From NCBI GenBank assembly GCA_035560005.1, contig DATMAN010000038.1:4009-68008 (forward strand): a DNA stretch of 64,000 nt, written 5' to 3'. A program made the position numbers and the translations under genes. Source of the stretch: Burkholderiales bacterium (GTDB lineage Bacteria > Pseudomonadota > Gammaproteobacteria > Burkholderiales > Eutrophovitaceae). A model generated the notes under the pieces. That model did no database searches. It saw only the letters and a program-made list of their open reading frames with translations, and was not told where the DNA came from. Shown here piece after piece: positions 8,095 through 15,975 of this stretch (within the stretch, counting starts at the first letter, position 1; each line of letters begins with the position of its first letter).

Positions 8095-9807
8095 ATGGCC
8101 ACCGTTTCCTTGTACCGAACCTGTCCGGACACCGGGCTGCAGTTCCACAAGTCCGCCGAGACGCTGATGAAGGCGCACGCGGTCGCGGCTGTGGTGTGGC
8201 TGCTCATCGGCGGGGTGCTCGCGCTGCTGGTCACGCTCACGCGCTGGCCGGCGGTGCGCCTGCTGGCCGCCGACCAGTTCTACATGACGCTCACCGCGCA
8301 CGGCATCGACATGCTCATCTTCTGGATCATCTTTTTCGAGATCGCGGTGCTGTACTTCTGCTCCTCCACCCTGCTGCGCAGCCGACTGGCCACGCCGCGC
8401 ATCGCCTGGCTCGGGTTCGCCCTGATGCTGATCGGCTCGATCGTGACCAACGTCGCGGTCTTTCAGGGCGCCTCCAGCGTGATGATGACCTCCTACGCGC
8501 CGATGCCGGCCCAGCCGCATTTCTATCTCGGGCTGATCCTGTTCGCGGTCGGCGCGCTGATCGGCTGCTTCGTCTTCCTCGGCACCCTGGTCGTGGCGCG
8601 CGCCGAGCGCACCTACGAGGGATCCATCCCGCTGGTGACTTTCGGCGCGCTCACCGCCGCCATCATCGCGATCTTCACCATCGCCTCCGGAGCGATCATC
8701 CTGATTCCGACTTTCCTCTGGTCCGTGGGTTACATCAGCCACATCGACCCGCTGATGTACAAGACCGTGTGGTGGGCTTTCGGGCACTCCTCGCAGCAGA
8801 TCAACGTTTCGGCGCACGTCGCCGTGTGGTATGCGATTGCGGCCATCGTGTTCGGCGCCAAGCCGATGTCGGAGAAGGTGAGTCGCAGCGCCTTCCTGCT
8901 CTACATCCTGTTCCTGCAACTGGCGAGCGCGCACCACGTCTTGGTCGATCCGGGCATCAGCTCCGAGTGGAAGGTCTTCAACACCAGCTACGCGATGTAC
9001 CTCGCGGTGCTGGCCAGCATGGTGCACGGGCTCACCGTCCCCGGTTCGATCGAGGTGGCCCAGCGGCAGAAGGGCTACAACCGTGGCCTGTTCGAGTGGA
9101 TCCGCAAGGCGCCGTGGGGCAACCCGGTGTTCTCGGGCATGTTCATCTCGCTTCTCGGTTTCGGCTTCCTGGGCGGAATTTCGGGCGTGATGATGGGAAC
9201 CGAGCAACTGAACATCATCATCCACAACACCGTCTACGTGCCAGGCCACTTCCACGCGACTGTGGTGGTGGGCACCACGCTGGCGTTCATGTCACTGACC
9301 TACTTCCTCATCCCGGTGCTGTTTCGCCGCCAGATGATCCTGCCGGGGCTCGCGAAGTGGCAGCCGTACATCTTCGGTATCGGCATGGCGCTGGTGGCGT
9401 TGTTTTTGATGGGTGCAGGAACATTGGGCGTGTCGCGACGGCACTGGGATATGGCGTTCACCGGCGCGGTGATGCCCTACGAGTATCCGGGCACGGCTTA
9501 CCTCATGATGGGCCTGATGGGTCTGTCGGGACTGCTGGCGATGGTGGGCGGGGCGATCTACATCTTCATCACGGTGGGATCGCTGTTGTGGGGCAAGCGT
9601 CTGGACGCGAAGGATGCCTACGGCGAGAAGATCAATCCGCTGCGCCTTCCGCCGGTGGCGGCCGCGATCGAGGGCCATGGCGGCCTCGGCATCCGCGGGT
9701 TCGCTGCGCCGGGCACCTTTGTCTTCGCGCTGGTGTTCCTGGTGGCGTTCGTCCTGTACTACTTCGTCAACTGGAAGTACCTGTCCCAGGTGTGGCTGAT
9801 CGGCTGA
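8095..9807 (+). CDS. haem-copper oxidase-superfamily subunit I, B-family-like, lacking the cross-linked Tyr (candidate eNOR/sNOR-type NO reductase)
   Basis: 570 aa. His69, His231, His280/281 and His385/387 mirror ba3 H72/H233/H282/H283/H384/H386. Helix VI reads WWAFGHSSQQ, so Gln235 (8797..8799) sits where ba3 has Tyr237. Confidence 0.8.
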   Translation: MATVSLYRTCPDTGLQFHKSAETLMKAHAVAAVVWLLIGGVLALLVTLTRWPAVRLLAADQFYMTLTAHGIDMLIFWIIFFEIAVLYFCSSTLLRSRLATPRIAWLGFALMLIGSIVTNVAVFQGASSVMMTSYAPMPAQPHFYLGLILFAVGALIGCFVFLGTLVVARAERTYEGSIPLVTFGALTAAIIAIFTIASGAIILIPTFLWSVGYISHIDPLMYKTVWWAFGHSSQQINVSAHVAVWYAIAAIVFGAKPMSEKVSRSAFLLYILFLQLASAHHVLVDPGISSEWKVFNTSYAMYLAVLASMVHGLTVPGSIEVAQRQKGYNRGLFEWIRKAPWGNPVFSGMFISLLGFGFLGGISGVMMGTEQLNIIIHNTVYVPGHFHATVVVGTTLAFMSLTYFLIPVLFRRQMILPGLAKWQPYIFGIGMALVALFLMGAGTLGVSRRHWDMAFTGAVMPYEYPGTAYLMMGLMGLSGLLAMVGGAIYIFITVGSLLWGKRLDAKDAYGEKINPLRLPPVAAAIEGHGGLGIRGFAAPGTFVFALVFLVAFVLYYFVNWKYLSQVWLIG

Positions 9808-9838
9808 GCCGGGGCGGAGGATCGGACGGGAGACGACT

Positions 9839-10690
9839 GTGAGAGCGGTGTTCGGTCTGTTCAAGCTGCGGATCGGCGTCGTCATCACCTGGACCGCGCT
9901 GGCCGCGGTATCGATGACCGCGGGACCGGCGCTGTCGGCGTGGCAGATGCTCGTGCTCGGGCTGTCGGTGCTGGTGGCCTCCGCGTCGGCCGGGGCGTTC
10001 AATCAGTACGTGGAGCACGATCTCGACCGGCGCATGTCGCGCACTCGCGACCGGCCGTTCGTGACCGGGCAACTGGTGCACGACGCGCGCTGGATGTGGG
10101 TGATCATGGCGTTGCTGGCCGCTTCGGTCGCCGCCGCGGCCTATGCGTTGAATGCGCTCACCGCGCTCTATGTCTTTCTCGGCGCCTTCTTCTACGCGAT
10201 CGTCTATACCGTGTGGCTCAAGCGCCGCACGTGGCTCAACATCGTGATCGGCGGGCTCGCGGGCAGCTTCGCGGTGCTCGCCGGCGCCGCGGCGGCGGGC
10301 GACGCCTTGGATCCGCAACCGCTGCTGCTCGCGATCGTGCTCTTCCTGTGGACGCCATCGCACTTCTGGAGCCTGGCGATCGCCTACCGCGAAGACTACG
10401 TCGCGGCCGGCGTGCCGATGCTTCCGGCGGTGATCGGCAATGTGCGCAGCGCGCGCGTGATCTTCGGAAACACCGCCGCGCTCGTCGCCGTCTCCCTGCT
10501 ACCGGTGTTCTACGGCGCCGGCTGGATCTACTTCGCCGGCGCGGCGCTGGGCGGCGGCTGGTTCCTGTACAAGAGCTACCGGCTGATGCGCAATCCCTAT
10601 CGGCGCGAGGCGATGAAGGCGTTCTTCGCTTCGCTCGCCCAGCTCGCGCTGCTGCTTTCCGCCGCCATGCTAGAAGCCGCGCTTCGCTGA
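9839..10690 (+). CDS. ctaB: protohaem IX farnesyltransferase (haem O synthase)
   Basis: 283 aa, GTG start. UbiA-type motifs NQYVEHDLDRRMSRTRDRP and LFLWTPSHFWSLA. Confidence 0.85.
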   Translation: MRAVFGLFKLRIGVVITWTALAAVSMTAGPALSAWQMLVLGLSVLVASASAGAFNQYVEHDLDRRMSRTRDRPFVTGQLVHDARWMWVIMALLAASVAAAAYALNALTALYVFLGAFFYAIVYTVWLKRRTWLNIVIGGLAGSFAVLAGAAAAGDALDPQPLLLAIVLFLWTPSHFWSLAIAYREDYVAAGVPMLPAVIGNVRSARVIFGNTAALVAVSLLPVFYGAGWIYFAGAALGGGWFLYKSYRLMRNPYRREAMKAFFASLAQLALLLSAAMLEAALR

Positions 10691-10693
10691 GGA

Positions 10694-10855
10694 CTCATGC
10701 GCTCACCGCGGAGGACGCGGGGAAATGCAGACCGGAGATTCACCACAAAGACCCAAAGAGAGCAAAGGTCACGAAGGAAACAACAAGAAGTCTTCGTGCT
10801 CCTTTGTGTCTTGGTGCCTTCGTGCCCTGCCTTCGGAGTGCCCTCAGTGTTCGGC
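10694..10855. repeat. palindromic repeat element, copy 1 (right outer arm degenerate)
   Basis: Starts 4 nt after the ctaB stop with GCGCTCACCGCGGAGGACGCGGGG. Inner CACAAAG/CACGAAG-type arms pair with TCTTCGTGCTCCTTTGTGTCTTGGTGCCTTCGTGCC. Confidence 0.6.
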
Positions 10856-10864
10856 TATCTCGAC

Positions 10865-11650
10865 ATGGCCTGGCGTTCATTGATCGCTGTGGTGCTGGCG
10901 GCGATGCCGGCGCTGGCGGCGGCGCAGGCCACGGCGCCGGACACGGACCAGGCGCTTGCGCTGAGCCAGGCGGCGATCGGCGCGCAGGTCGACGACTACG
11001 CGCTCGTGCGCAGCGACGGTGGCAGCGTGCGCCTGTCGGAGTTCAGGGGCAAACCACTGCTCGTGCAGTTCATCTACACCGGATGCTTCCAGGCCTGCCC
11101 GGTGTCGGTGAGGTACCTGCAGCGCGCGGTCGCCACGGCGCGCGCGGCGCTCGGGCCGGATGCGTTCTCCGTTCTCACCGTAGGCTTCAACCAGCCATTC
11201 GACACCCCGCAGGCGATGGCGGCGTTCGCTCGCGAGCACGCAATCGAGGATCGGCGCTGGTACTTTCTCGCAACCGATACCCGGACCATTGCCGCTTTCA
11301 CCCGCACCTTGGGCTTTACCTGGTATGCGACGCCCAAAGGCTTCGATCACGTCGCCCAAGTCACGGTGCTCGACGCGCGGGGCCGTGTCTATCGCCAGAT
11401 CTACGGCGAGCGCTTCGAGGCGCCACTGCTGGTCGAGCCGCTCAAGCAGCTCATCACCGGCGCGCCGGTCGCGCAAGGAGACTGGCGCGCCTGGCTCGAG
11501 AAGGTGCGGCTGTTCTGCACGGTCTACGACCGTTCCAGCGGCCGCTACCGGCTCGATTATTCGCTGTTCATCGAGATCTTCGCCGGCCTGACCATCGCGA
11601 GCACCGTCATCTTCGGGTTGCTTCGCGAGTGGCGCCGCCAGCGCCGCTGA
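10865..11650 (+). CDS. SCO1/SenC family copper chaperone
   Basis: ORF 10697..11650 trimmed to MAWRSLIAVVLAAMPALAAAQA. Thioredoxin-fold CxxxC (YTGCFQACP) and a C-terminal TM helix. The upstream part of the ORF is repeat-derived. Confidence 0.75.
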   Translation: MAWRSLIAVVLAAMPALAAAQATAPDTDQALALSQAAIGAQVDDYALVRSDGGSVRLSEFRGKPLLVQFIYTGCFQACPVSVRYLQRAVATARAALGPDAFSVLTVGFNQPFDTPQAMAAFAREHAIEDRRWYFLATDTRTIAAFTRTLGFTWYATPKGFDHVAQVTVLDARGRVYRQIYGERFEAPLLVEPLKQLITGAPVAQGDWRAWLEKVRLFCTVYDRSSGRYRLDYSLFIEIFAGLTIASTVIFGLLREWRRQRR

Positions 11651-11653
11651 TCT

Positions 11654-11800
11654 GAAAGCTCTCACCTCGGAGGACGCAGAGGAAAGGCAGGAGGCACAAA
11701 GAGACAAAGGAGACCGACACGAGGCTTGATTGCCGTTTCCTGCTTCGTGTTTCGCTTTTGAGGTGTGCTCCGCGTCCCCCGCGTCCTCTGCGGTGAGTGC
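11654..11800. repeat. palindromic repeat element, copy 2
   Basis: GAAAGCTCTCACCTCGGAGGACGCAGAGG ... CCGCGTCCTCTGCGGTGAGTGC. Begins 4 nt after the SCO1 stop. Confidence 0.7.
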
Positions 11801-11826
11801 TGAATCCGGTCTTCCCTGGGCTGGGC

Positions 11827-11840
11827 TTGATGCGAATCAA
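11827..11840. promoter_or_regulatory. FNR/Dnr-type box TTGATGCGAATCAA
   Basis: Perfect palindrome about 120 nt upstream of the cytochrome b-Fd-FNR gene. Confidence 0.55.
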
Positions 11841-11959
11841 ATGGGACCCGGGCATCCGCCGGTAGAGTGGTCCTGCGCGCGTTACGCGCGACCTATCGGC
11901 AGGCGAAGGAAGATGACTCCCGGCATTGCAGCGCCGCCCCGTCAGCAGGGGCGCAGCCG

Positions 11960-13846
11960 ATGACCCGCGGCATGCAGAAGGCGGGGCAGTGGCTGTTCCT
12001 GCGCGTGGAAGCCGGCTTCAACGCCTTCTTCGGCCAGGCCCTCAATCCGCTCTATCACCTGGGCGCGATCGGCTTCTTCCTGTTCTGGATCGCGCTCGCG
12101 AGCGGCTTGTACCTGTACGCATTTTTCGACACGGGCGTGACGGAAGCCTACGACTCGGTGGAAAAACTCACGCGCCAGTGGTACCTGGGCGGACTGATGC
12201 GCAGCCTGCACCGCTACGCCTCCGACGGCATGGTGCTGGTGATGATGCTGCACATGCTCCGGCACTTCGTGTTCGGTCGCTACCGCGATTTCCGCTGGTT
12301 CTCGTGGGCCACCGGGGTCGTGCTGCTGTGGCTCACCTACGCCTCGGGCATCAACGGCTATATGCTGCCCTGGGACCGTCTCGGCCAGTTCGTGGCCACC
12401 GCCACCGGCGAATGGCTCGACTGGTTCCCCATCTTCGCCGGCGAGGCAGCGCGCAACTTCGCCTTCCGCGGCAGCGTCAACGATCGCCTGTTCTCCCTGC
12501 TTTCGTTCCTGCATATCGGCATACCGCTCGCTGTGCTGATCCTCGCCTGGGTGCATACCCAGCGCGTTCCGCGGGCGCGCATCAACCCGCCGCGCGCGAT
12601 CTGGCTGCCGCTCGGGCTCGCGCTGGTCGTGCTCTCGCTCCTCAAGCCCGCGATGAGCCAGGGGCCGGCCGATCTCGCCGTGGTGCCCGCGACGCTGGCG
12701 CTCGACTGGTACTACCTGCCGCTCTATCCGCTGATCTACGAGTGGTCGCCCGGCGAAGTCTGGGCGCTGGCCTTCGGCGCGACGCTGCTGTTGTTTCTGG
12801 TGCCCTGGCTTCCGGCGCGCCGCGCGCGCGGCCATGAGCACCACGTCACCTTCCGTCCCGCCAATCTCTCCGCGACCGTGCGCGCGGGCGAGACGCTGCT
12901 GGAAGCCGGCTTGCGGCAGGGCATCGCGCTGCCTTACGACTGCCGTAACGGCGGCTGCGGCGTGTGCAAGGTGGCGATCGTGCACGGCCAGGTGGATCAC
13001 GGTCCCTACCAGAAGTCGGTGCTTTCCGACGAGGAGCGGGCGCGTGGAATGGCGCTGTTGTGCTGCGCGATCCCTCTTTCCGATCTGGACATCGAAGTGG
13101 AAACGGCCGCCTTGCCGAAGCGGGTGTGGGAGGCGACCGTCGTGCGCATGCAACGCGCGGCGCCCGAGGTCATGCTGCTGTGGCTGAGGCTCGATGGGTC
13201 TGAGCGCATCGAGTATCGCGCCGGGCAGTACATCAACATCCTTCTTCAGGACGGTGCCCGGCGCGCGTACTCCTTCGCCACGGCGCCCGGCGCCTCGGAT
13301 CTCATCGAACTGCACGTGCGGCGCATGCCCGGCGGGCGCTTCACCGGCTGGGTATTCGAGAAGATGCGGGTGGGCGACCGGCTGCGCTTCGAAGGACCGT
13401 TCGGAGCGTTCGTCCTCAACGAGGAAAGCCCGCGGCCGGTGATCTTCGTGGCCGGCGCCACCGGTTTCGCACCGGTGAAGAGCATGCTGGAAGACGCCTT
13501 CCGCAAGAACGTGCGCCGGCCGATGGTGCTCTACTGGGGCGTGCGCAGCCGGGAAGATCTCTACATGGCCGAACTTCCGGAACGCTGGGCACGCGAGCAC
13601 CCGAACTTCAGCTTCGTGCCGGTGCTCTCCGAGCCGAAGCCCGAAGACCACTGGCGCGGCCGCACGGGCCTGGTGCACGAGGCGATCCTGCAGGACTTCC
13701 CGACGCTGAAGGGTTACGAAGTGTATGCCTGCGGCTCGATGCAGATGGTCGAGGCGGCGCATCCCGAGTTCATCGCGCGCGGGCTGTCCGAGGATGCCTG
13801 CTTTTCCGACGCCTTTACCCCCGCGCCGGAGCCGGCGGCAACGTGA
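11960..13846 (+). CDS. fusion protein: di-haem cytochrome b + plant-type 2Fe-2S ferredoxin + FAD/NAD(P)H ferredoxin-reductase module
   Basis: N-terminus has the bc1-type cytochrome b pattern: HRYASDGMVLVMMLH and HIGIPLAVLILAWVH (His pairs 14 apart) and GYMLPWD. Middle has CRNGGCGVCK...LCC. C-terminus has RAYSFA (RxYS FAD motif) and VFVAGATGFAPV (NAD(P) binding). Confidence 0.75.
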   Translation: MTRGMQKAGQWLFLRVEAGFNAFFGQALNPLYHLGAIGFFLFWIALASGLYLYAFFDTGVTEAYDSVEKLTRQWYLGGLMRSLHRYASDGMVLVMMLHMLRHFVFGRYRDFRWFSWATGVVLLWLTYASGINGYMLPWDRLGQFVATATGEWLDWFPIFAGEAARNFAFRGSVNDRLFSLLSFLHIGIPLAVLILAWVHTQRVPRARINPPRAIWLPLGLALVVLSLLKPAMSQGPADLAVVPATLALDWYYLPLYPLIYEWSPGEVWALAFGATLLLFLVPWLPARRARGHEHHVTFRPANLSATVRAGETLLEAGLRQGIALPYDCRNGGCGVCKVAIVHGQVDHGPYQKSVLSDEERARGMALLCCAIPLSDLDIEVETAALPKRVWEATVVRMQRAAPEVMLLWLRLDGSERIEYRAGQYINILLQDGARRAYSFATAPGASDLIELHVRRMPGGRFTGWVFEKMRVGDRLRFEGPFGAFVLNEESPRPVIFVAGATGFAPVKSMLEDAFRKNVRRPMVLYWGVRSREDLYMAELPERWAREHPNFSFVPVLSEPKPEDHWRGRTGLVHEAILQDFPTLKGYEVYACGSMQMVEAAHPEFIARGLSEDACFSDAFTPAPEPAAT

Positions 13847-13858
13847 CCGGAGAATGAC

Positions 13859-14362
13859 ATGAACCCCATCGCCCGCGTCATCGGCCAGGTCGTGCTCTAC
13901 GGGCTGTTCGCCGCCGCGCTCGGCTATTTCTCCACCTCGCCCAACTACACGCATCTGGCACCCGACCAGGCCCTGGTCAAGGTCAGCTTCACGCACACCG
14001 CGCAGCACATCGGCGCGTGCCGCCGGCGCAGCGACGAAGAGCTGGCGAAGCTGCCGCCCAACATGCGCATCCGCGAGGAATGCCCGCGCGAGCGTGCGCC
14101 CACGCGCATCGAGCTGGAAATGGACGGCGCGCTGCTCTACAGCGACGTGTTGCAGCCTTCTGGACTGTCTCGCGACGGCGCGACGTCGGTGTACCGGCGC
14201 TTTCCGGTCCCGGCCGGCCGCCACCGCTTCGAAGCCAGGTTGTCGGACATCGCGAGCGGTGAGTTCAATCACCAGCGCGAAGAGTCGCTCGAGCTCGCGC
14301 CTGCCCAAATCCTGCTGGTCGACTTCGACGCGCGGGGCGAGGGGCTGGTTTTCAGACGCTGA
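13859..14362 (+). CDS. hypothetical protein with N-terminal TM anchor
   Basis: 167 aa, GGAGAA SD, TM helix VIGQVVLYGLFAAALGYF. Sits between the two cytochrome b genes. Confidence 0.5.
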   Translation: MNPIARVIGQVVLYGLFAAALGYFSTSPNYTHLAPDQALVKVSFTHTAQHIGACRRRSDEELAKLPPNMRIREECPRERAPTRIELEMDGALLYSDVLQPSGLSRDGATSVYRRFPVPAGRHRFEARLSDIASGEFNHQREESLELAPAQILLVDFDARGEGLVFRR

Positions 14363-14364
14363 CC

Positions 14365-15975
14365 ATGACCGCCGTTGCTCCCACCACCGCCGTTGCGATG
14401 CCGGCTGTGCGCCGCGCCGGCGAAACGCCGGGCCGTGCACAAATCCCCGCGCGCTCCCCGCAATGGTGGCGTGCGATGGAACGCGCAGTCGACGGCGTGA
14501 CCGGCGCGCGCCACAATCCGCTGCGAAACCTCGGCGCCCTCGGGTTCTACTTCTTCTGGATCGTTACCGCGAGCGGGGTCTATCTCTACGCTTTCTTCGA
14601 CACCAGCGTGACCGGTGCCTGGCAAAGCGTGGAGCGCATCACGCACGAGCAGTGGTACCTGGGCGGACTGATGCGCAGCCTGCACCGCTACGCCTCGGCC
14701 GGATTCTGCGTAGTCATGCTCGTGCATCTGTTGAAAGAGACGCTGTCGCGTCACTTCGGCGGCTTGCGTACATTCTCCTGGTTGACCGGCGTGCCGCTGA
14801 TCTGGCTCGCCTACGCCGCGGCGATCGGCGGCTACTGGCTGGTGTGGGACCGGCTCGCGCAGTTCTCCGCGACCGCGACCATGGAGTGGCTCGATGCGCT
14901 CGGCATCTTCGGGGAGCCGCTCGCGCGCAACTTCATCGCGCCCGACGCGGTCGACGACCGCCTCTTCTCGCTGCTGGTGTTCCTGCACATCGGCATTCCG
15001 CTGGCGCTGCTGCTCGGCATGTGGACGCACATCCAGCGCTTGAGCCACGCGGCAGTGTTGCCGTCGCGCCGGCTGGCGGCCTGCAGCTTCGCCGCGCTGC
15101 TGGCGGTGAGCGTGGTCCATCCGGCGCTCAGCCAGCCGCCCGCGGATCTCGCGCGCGTGCCTCGACAGCTCGGACTCGACTGGTTCTACATGTTCGTGCA
15201 TCCGCTCATGTATGAGACCTCCGCGGCCACCGTGTGGTGGCTGGCCGGCGCCGCGACCCTTCTGCTCGCGGCCCTGCCGCTCTTCGTGCGCGAGCCACGC
15301 GCACCGGCGGCGGTCGTCGATCCGCGCAACTGCAACGGTTGCGGGCGGTGCGTGGACGACTGCCCGTACGTGGCGATTACGCTCGTTCCCCATTCGATTA
15401 CCGGCGGACGGACATTGCAGGCGCTGGTCGATCCGGACCGCTGCGCGGCCTGTGGCATCTGTGTGGGCGCCTGTCCGTCTTCCACGCCGTTCCGTTCGGC
15501 GCGCGTGCTCGCCAGCGGAATCGAGCTGCCGCAGCTCACCGTGGATTCGCTGCGCGCGCGGCTGCGCGCCGCGCTCGCGCCCGCACCGGACCGCGCCCGC
15601 TACGTTGTCTTCGGTTGCGACTGCGCGGCCGAGGTCGCATCGCTGGCGAGCCGCGACGTCGCGGTCTTCGGCCTGCCGTGCGCCGGCATGCTGCCGCCGT
15701 CTTTCATTGCCTATGCCTTGCGGCTGGGCGCGCAGGGCGTGGTGGTGAGCACCTGCGGCGAAGGTGAGTGCGCCTACCGGCTCGGCGCCGAGTGGATCGA
15801 GCAGCGCATCAGCGCTCGGCGCGACCCGCGGCTGCGCCGCTCGGTGCCGCGCGATCGCGTGCGCCTGGTGCCGGCCGCGGGCGGCGAGTCCCGGCGCGTG
15901 GCCACGGAACTGGCGCTGCTGCGTGCGCATGCCGGCCAGCCGCAGCGCCTGGCGCGCCGAGGAGAAGCCGCATGA
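14365..15975 (+). CDS. fusion protein: di-haem cytochrome b + 2x[4Fe-4S] ferredoxin + MvhD/FlpD-like domain
   Basis: The cytochrome b domain is a paralogue of 11960..13846 (LHRYAS...MLVH, FLHIGIPLALLLGMWTH, GGYWLVWD). It is followed by CNGCGRCVDDCP and CAACGICVGACP, then VVFGCDC...LPCAGMLPPSFIAYALRLGAQGVVVSTCGEGECAYRLG resembling the MvhD delta-subunit domain. Start uncertain. Confidence 0.7.
   Translation: MTAVAPTTAVAMPAVRRAGETPGRAQIPARSPQWWRAMERAVDGVTGARHNPLRNLGALGFYFFWIVTASGVYLYAFFDTSVTGAWQSVERITHEQWYLGGLMRSLHRYASAGFCVVMLVHLLKETLSRHFGGLRTFSWLTGVPLIWLAYAAAIGGYWLVWDRLAQFSATATMEWLDALGIFGEPLARNFIAPDAVDDRLFSLLVFLHIGIPLALLLGMWTHIQRLSHAAVLPSRRLAACSFAALLAVSVVHPALSQPPADLARVPRQLGLDWFYMFVHPLMYETSAATVWWLAGAATLLLAALPLFVREPRAPAAVVDPRNCNGCGRCVDDCPYVAITLVPHSITGGRTLQALVDPDRCAACGICVGACPSSTPFRSARVLASGIELPQLTVDSLRARLRAALAPAPDRARYVVFGCDCAAEVASLASRDVAVFGLPCAGMLPPSFIAYALRLGAQGVVVSTCGEGECAYRLGAEWIEQRISARRDPRLRRSVPRDRVRLVPAAGGESRRVATELALLRAHAGQPQRLARRGEAA

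Noticed and set aside
10697-10864. N-terminal extensions of ORFs that read through repeat elements. Examples: SCO1 from 10697, the HCO-like gene from 15768, MoxR from 59320, and DUF58 from 57273.
   Set aside because: The extensions are repeat-derived or overlap the upstream gene. Internal starts with an SD or stop-start overlaps give proteins of the expected family length.
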